Shown: piece after piece, positions 60,615 through 64,000 of the stretch
Layout: each line of letters opens with the position of its first letter
How positions within the stretch are numbered: the first letter of the stretch is position 1
Assembly (NCBI RefSeq): GCF_001194135.2
Contig: NC_069005.1
Span: 34,652,110 to 34,716,109, forward strand
Direction: 5' to 3'
Origin: Octopus bimaculoides
Lineage: Eukaryota
Length of the DNA: 64,000 bases
Position numbers and translations under genes: made by a program
The notes under the pieces: generated by a model
What the model saw: the letters and a program-made list of their open reading frames with translations, nothing else
Database searches by the model: none
Told to the model about the DNA's origin: nothing

Positions 60615-62021
60615 GTTGTTGCTGTTGCTGTTGAATCAATAACCAAAATACACTGAATGTTACAGCACGAAGCTAACACGACAGCTGATCAGATGTGTGT
60701 GTGTGTGGAAATGTCACAGATATTTTGGTAAATGTTGGTGGAGCTGGCAGCACTGGGGGGGTGTGTATGCCAACCCCCCATAGCAGCTTACTTATTGGCA
60801 ATCTATAAGGTGAGTCTTGGGATAGAAAGGAGAGGGGCGGGATACCAGACAGACAAACAGCTAAGTAGATATAGGGTGGGGGGAGTGTTGAAGGATGGGG
60901 GAGGGGAGGATTCTAAAAGATGTAATCACTAATTCTTAAGAAAGTAGAGAAAAAATAGATTTTTTTATTTTTTTTTATTTGTGACAAATAATTTCATTTT
61001 ATATTTTCTACATTAAGATATCATCATCATGTCAGTAGTAGTAGTAGTGGTAGTAGTAGATAATACTATTTCATTAGTATTTTCACTTTGATTGTGTCTG
61101 TGTTTTGTGTGTGTGTGTGTTGAGGTATTTCGTTCTTTTCTTGAGAGAGGTATGTTGAGGAAAAGTGTTGGAGGGACAGCACCAATAATGATTTTAAACA
61201 ATCAAATAAATAAATTTAGTTCAGAAAAGGTAATATTTTCCTTTTAACAGGTGTCTATGAAGGCCATCCAAAAATTTTACCACTCTAACCTCCAGCATCC
61301 ATCAAGAAAATTAGAGAAACCAAGAAAACACCTTAAATATATAAAGAAAATCTTTTCTGGGGTGGAGGGAGGGGTGTCTCTTGGTTTTGGTTTATTTTGA
61401 AGTTTGTTTCTTGTTCTTTTTTTACATTTGAAAGCAATGAAGTGAAACGATGCGCGAAGCCAAAACAGTTGACATGTGCAATGGAGCGATTAACTGGAAC
61501 AGATTGGTGCATGGCACAGTGCCACACCTCCACCTCTTCTTAATATTTGTGCCAAGGTTGGGTTGCTGGGGAAATCAATCCTTTTCACTCTTCATCGATG
61601 CAATCCAGAGGATAGCAAAGTCTACATATATTTATATATATATATATATATATATNNNNNNNNNNNNNNNNNNNNNNNNNNNNNNNNNNNNNNNNNNNNN
61701 NNNNNNNNNNNNNNNNNNNNNNNNNNNNNNNNNNNNNNNNNNNNNNNNNNNNNNNNNNNNNNNNNNNNNNNNNNNNNNNNNNNNNNNNNNNNNNNNNNNN
61801 NNNNNNNNNNNNNNNNNNTGTGTGTGTGTGTGTGTGTGTGTGTGTTTCTGTCACGTAGACGTTTGAAGCTAGCGGGGTGTGGGCAGGTCGAGGAAGAAAG
61901 ACTGCACAATATTAATCTGGTTTATGATGATGGTACTACTGTTGATGATGATGTTGTTACTGCTGTGTTAGCAGCAGCAGCAGCAGTTAGTTGTAGTCAA
62001 GGCTAACAACAACAACAACAC

Positions 62022-62086
62022 CTGCCGCTGCTGCTGCTGCTGTGGTAGGTGTTGAGCGAGGGCTGTGAGTCCAGCGTAATATCCAT
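62022..62086 (-). CDS. SUR (ABCC8/ABCC9): SUR putative upstream coding exon (exon spans 62022-62171): MDITLDSQPSLNTYHSSSSSG, phase 2
   Basis: Strong acceptor (ccttttatttctattcttctatttcag) ending 62172. ATG in gacATGG context with an in-frame TAA upstream. Donor CAG|GTGTTG. Joins in frame to the acceptor 13 nt before the 60614 ATG. Confidence 0.55.
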
Positions 62087-63524
62087 GTCGTCCAGTTACA
62101 ACGGAGACAGAGTGAAGCTATGTCCAGTCTTGTTCACACAAAAGTACAACGGGAGAGCCAAGGTAAACAGACTGAAATAGAAGAATAGAAATAAAAGGTT
62201 AATTAATTAACTAACAGGTTAACATATAAGACTCATTAACATCAATAGCATTAATTAATTAGCAATAATGAATTTTTAATTAGACACGAATACATGGGCA
62301 GGTAGAATTAAGTGTTTCACTTTGGCAGCTGCAAATAACAGTCATTGTACCTCTCATGGTATAAAAACAACAACAACAACAATAATAATCGCAACAACAA
62401 GTCAGAAGGAAAGGTCTTGTAACTTTGGCAAAAAGCCACAATGTTTAGGGAAGCAGCATTGATGTCTAATAATGATATCTCTTCATTGCTTTCTTTTTAT
62501 TTCCGTTCCGTAGTAACAATTTCCATCTGTCCAAGGACAGATGCAGGCATCAGAAAAGATGGTTGTCATCCATGGTCAACCCTTCATCCTCTCTGAGAGG
62601 TCCCTATGAACCTTATCGGAGAGAGAATGAAAACAATCGACCACTTCTGCCTTGTTTATTGACTCCAGAAAGATGAATGGCTAAGTTCACCTCGGTGGAT
62701 TACATAGAAACAGATTGCCAGATTGCATGGAACTGGTACAACTACCACAGGTCATTCCATTTCATGTGAATCTGTCAATTCACAGCCCTTAGGATGTTTT
62801 TCTTGTTTTTTTTATTCATTTAGGAATAAGGACCCCAGGAGCTGATTGGTCTTTTATTGACAACAGAAGGATGAACAGTGAGGCCAAACCCTGCAGAATT
62901 TCCACTCAGAACAGAAAGGGTTACAACGAAATAGTAAGTTGTGTGTGTGTGTGTGAGAGAAAGTTACTGTTTCGTTGCTTTGACATCACATGATTGTTGT
63001 AAACGAGTGTCACCCTCACGCAAGTGATGTCCTTGATTTCCCATCTTCCATGAAGACATGTCTGGTCATGGAGAAATATTACTTTACTCAGAAATAGGTG
63101 AGCGTTGGTGACAGGAAGGGCATCCAGTTGTAGAAAAATCTTCCACAAGTTCCATGTGATCCATGGCTAGCAGGGAAAAGTGGATGTCGACATGATCTCA
63201 CACACACACACACACACACACAGACAGACACTCTACCACTCCTTTAGTCTCATATGCTACCTTATCTGTTGCTCCACCACCACCACCTTATAAGAAAGAG
63301 AAAAACTATAACATGGGGGCTCTCCTGATTAGTAGGGTTGTATACATGACAGATCACAAACTAGGGTGTTTAGAAGTGTGGTTAAGAAGTTTGCTAAGCA
63401 AGTGCATGGTTTCAATCCCAACACACAGCATCTTGCACTAATGTCTTCTACAAAAGTCTCAGGTAAACCAAACTTTTATAAGCGTCTCAAGTCCAAATTG
63501 GTAGATTTAATCCACCCAGAAATC

Positions 63525-63705
63525 ATCATTTAATGTCCACTTTCCATGCTGGCATGGGTTGGATAGCTCGACATGGAGCTGTCCAGCCTCCAACTGTCTG
63601 TTGTGGCATGGTTTCTATGGCTGGATGCCCTTCCTAACACCAGCCACTTTACAGATTGTGCTGGGAGCATTTTATGTGGCACTGGTACAGGTGCATTTAC
63701 TCCAC
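63525..63705 (+). repeat. Dispersed repeat family D (TTTAATGTCCACTTTTCCATGCTGGCATGGGTTGGA...). Other copies about 49705-49900, 54645-54695 (+); 23660-23780, 63000-63200 (-)
   Basis: Recurrent homologous segments. Confidence 0.7.
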
Positions 63706-63736
63706 GCCTGTGTGCATATATATATATATATAAAAA

Positions 63737-63959
63737 CAGGGGTTGGCCAAAAGTCACCTGACAGTAAATGAAAACCATTTGATTCCAAGATTGATTTATG
63801 TTTAACAACTGAATGAATTTAATGAAAACATCTAAATATGAAACATCGGGAAAACTGTCCTTCTTGAGTGACACATTTTTCCATTCGAATCAATACAGAA
63901 TTACAGATTGTATTTACCGAATTTTGATTTTACTGTCAGGTGACTTTTGGCCAACCTTG
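63737..63959. mobile_element. Tc1/mariner-type MITE
   Basis: ~32-bp TIR CAGGGGTTGGCCAAAAGTCACCTGACAGTAAA / TTTACTGTCAGGTGACTTTTGGCCAACCTTG followed by TA. Confidence 0.8.
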
Positions 63960-64000
63960 TAAACACACACACACACACCCATTTTGTATTTATATATATA

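Overview
Eukaryotic, intron-rich, microsatellite- and SINE-dense DNA with assembly gaps. The repeat families resemble those of Octopus (inference from recalled repeat sequences, no search run). The right 60% holds a complete minus-strand sulfonylurea-receptor gene (SUR, ABCC8/ABCC9-like). I hand-assembled 37 coding exons from 60614 to 24711 (5409 nt, 1802 aa, phases consistent at every junction), plus a likely upstream exon adding 26 aa. This SUR is unusual in four ways. (1) Both composite nucleotide sites are degenerate: NBD2 Walker A K->R, Walker B DE->EQ, Q-loop Q->H; NBD1 signature LTEGQ, no H-switch. (2) The NBD1-TMD2 linker contains three paralogous 21/24/21-nt phase-2 microexons encoding repeated R-R-(S/T)-x-(L/V)-x-E basophilic kinase motifs, at the position of the CFTR R domain. 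(3) The TMD1-NBD1 linker is expanded. (4) One extracellular loop is long and Thr-rich. The left part holds a 4-exon plus-strand gene for a 195-aa single-Ig, mucin-stalk, probably GPI-anchored protein, and the 5' end of an unidentified minus-strand spliced transcript with a YY1 motif. It also holds a diverged head-to-head inverted duplication of a first-exon-like module, with a young TTAGGG-bearing foldback MITE between the arms. Fossil hAT, mariner, DD37D, RTE and R4-like elements and several SINE families are scattered throughout. No rRNA, genuine tRNA or CRISPR array was seen.
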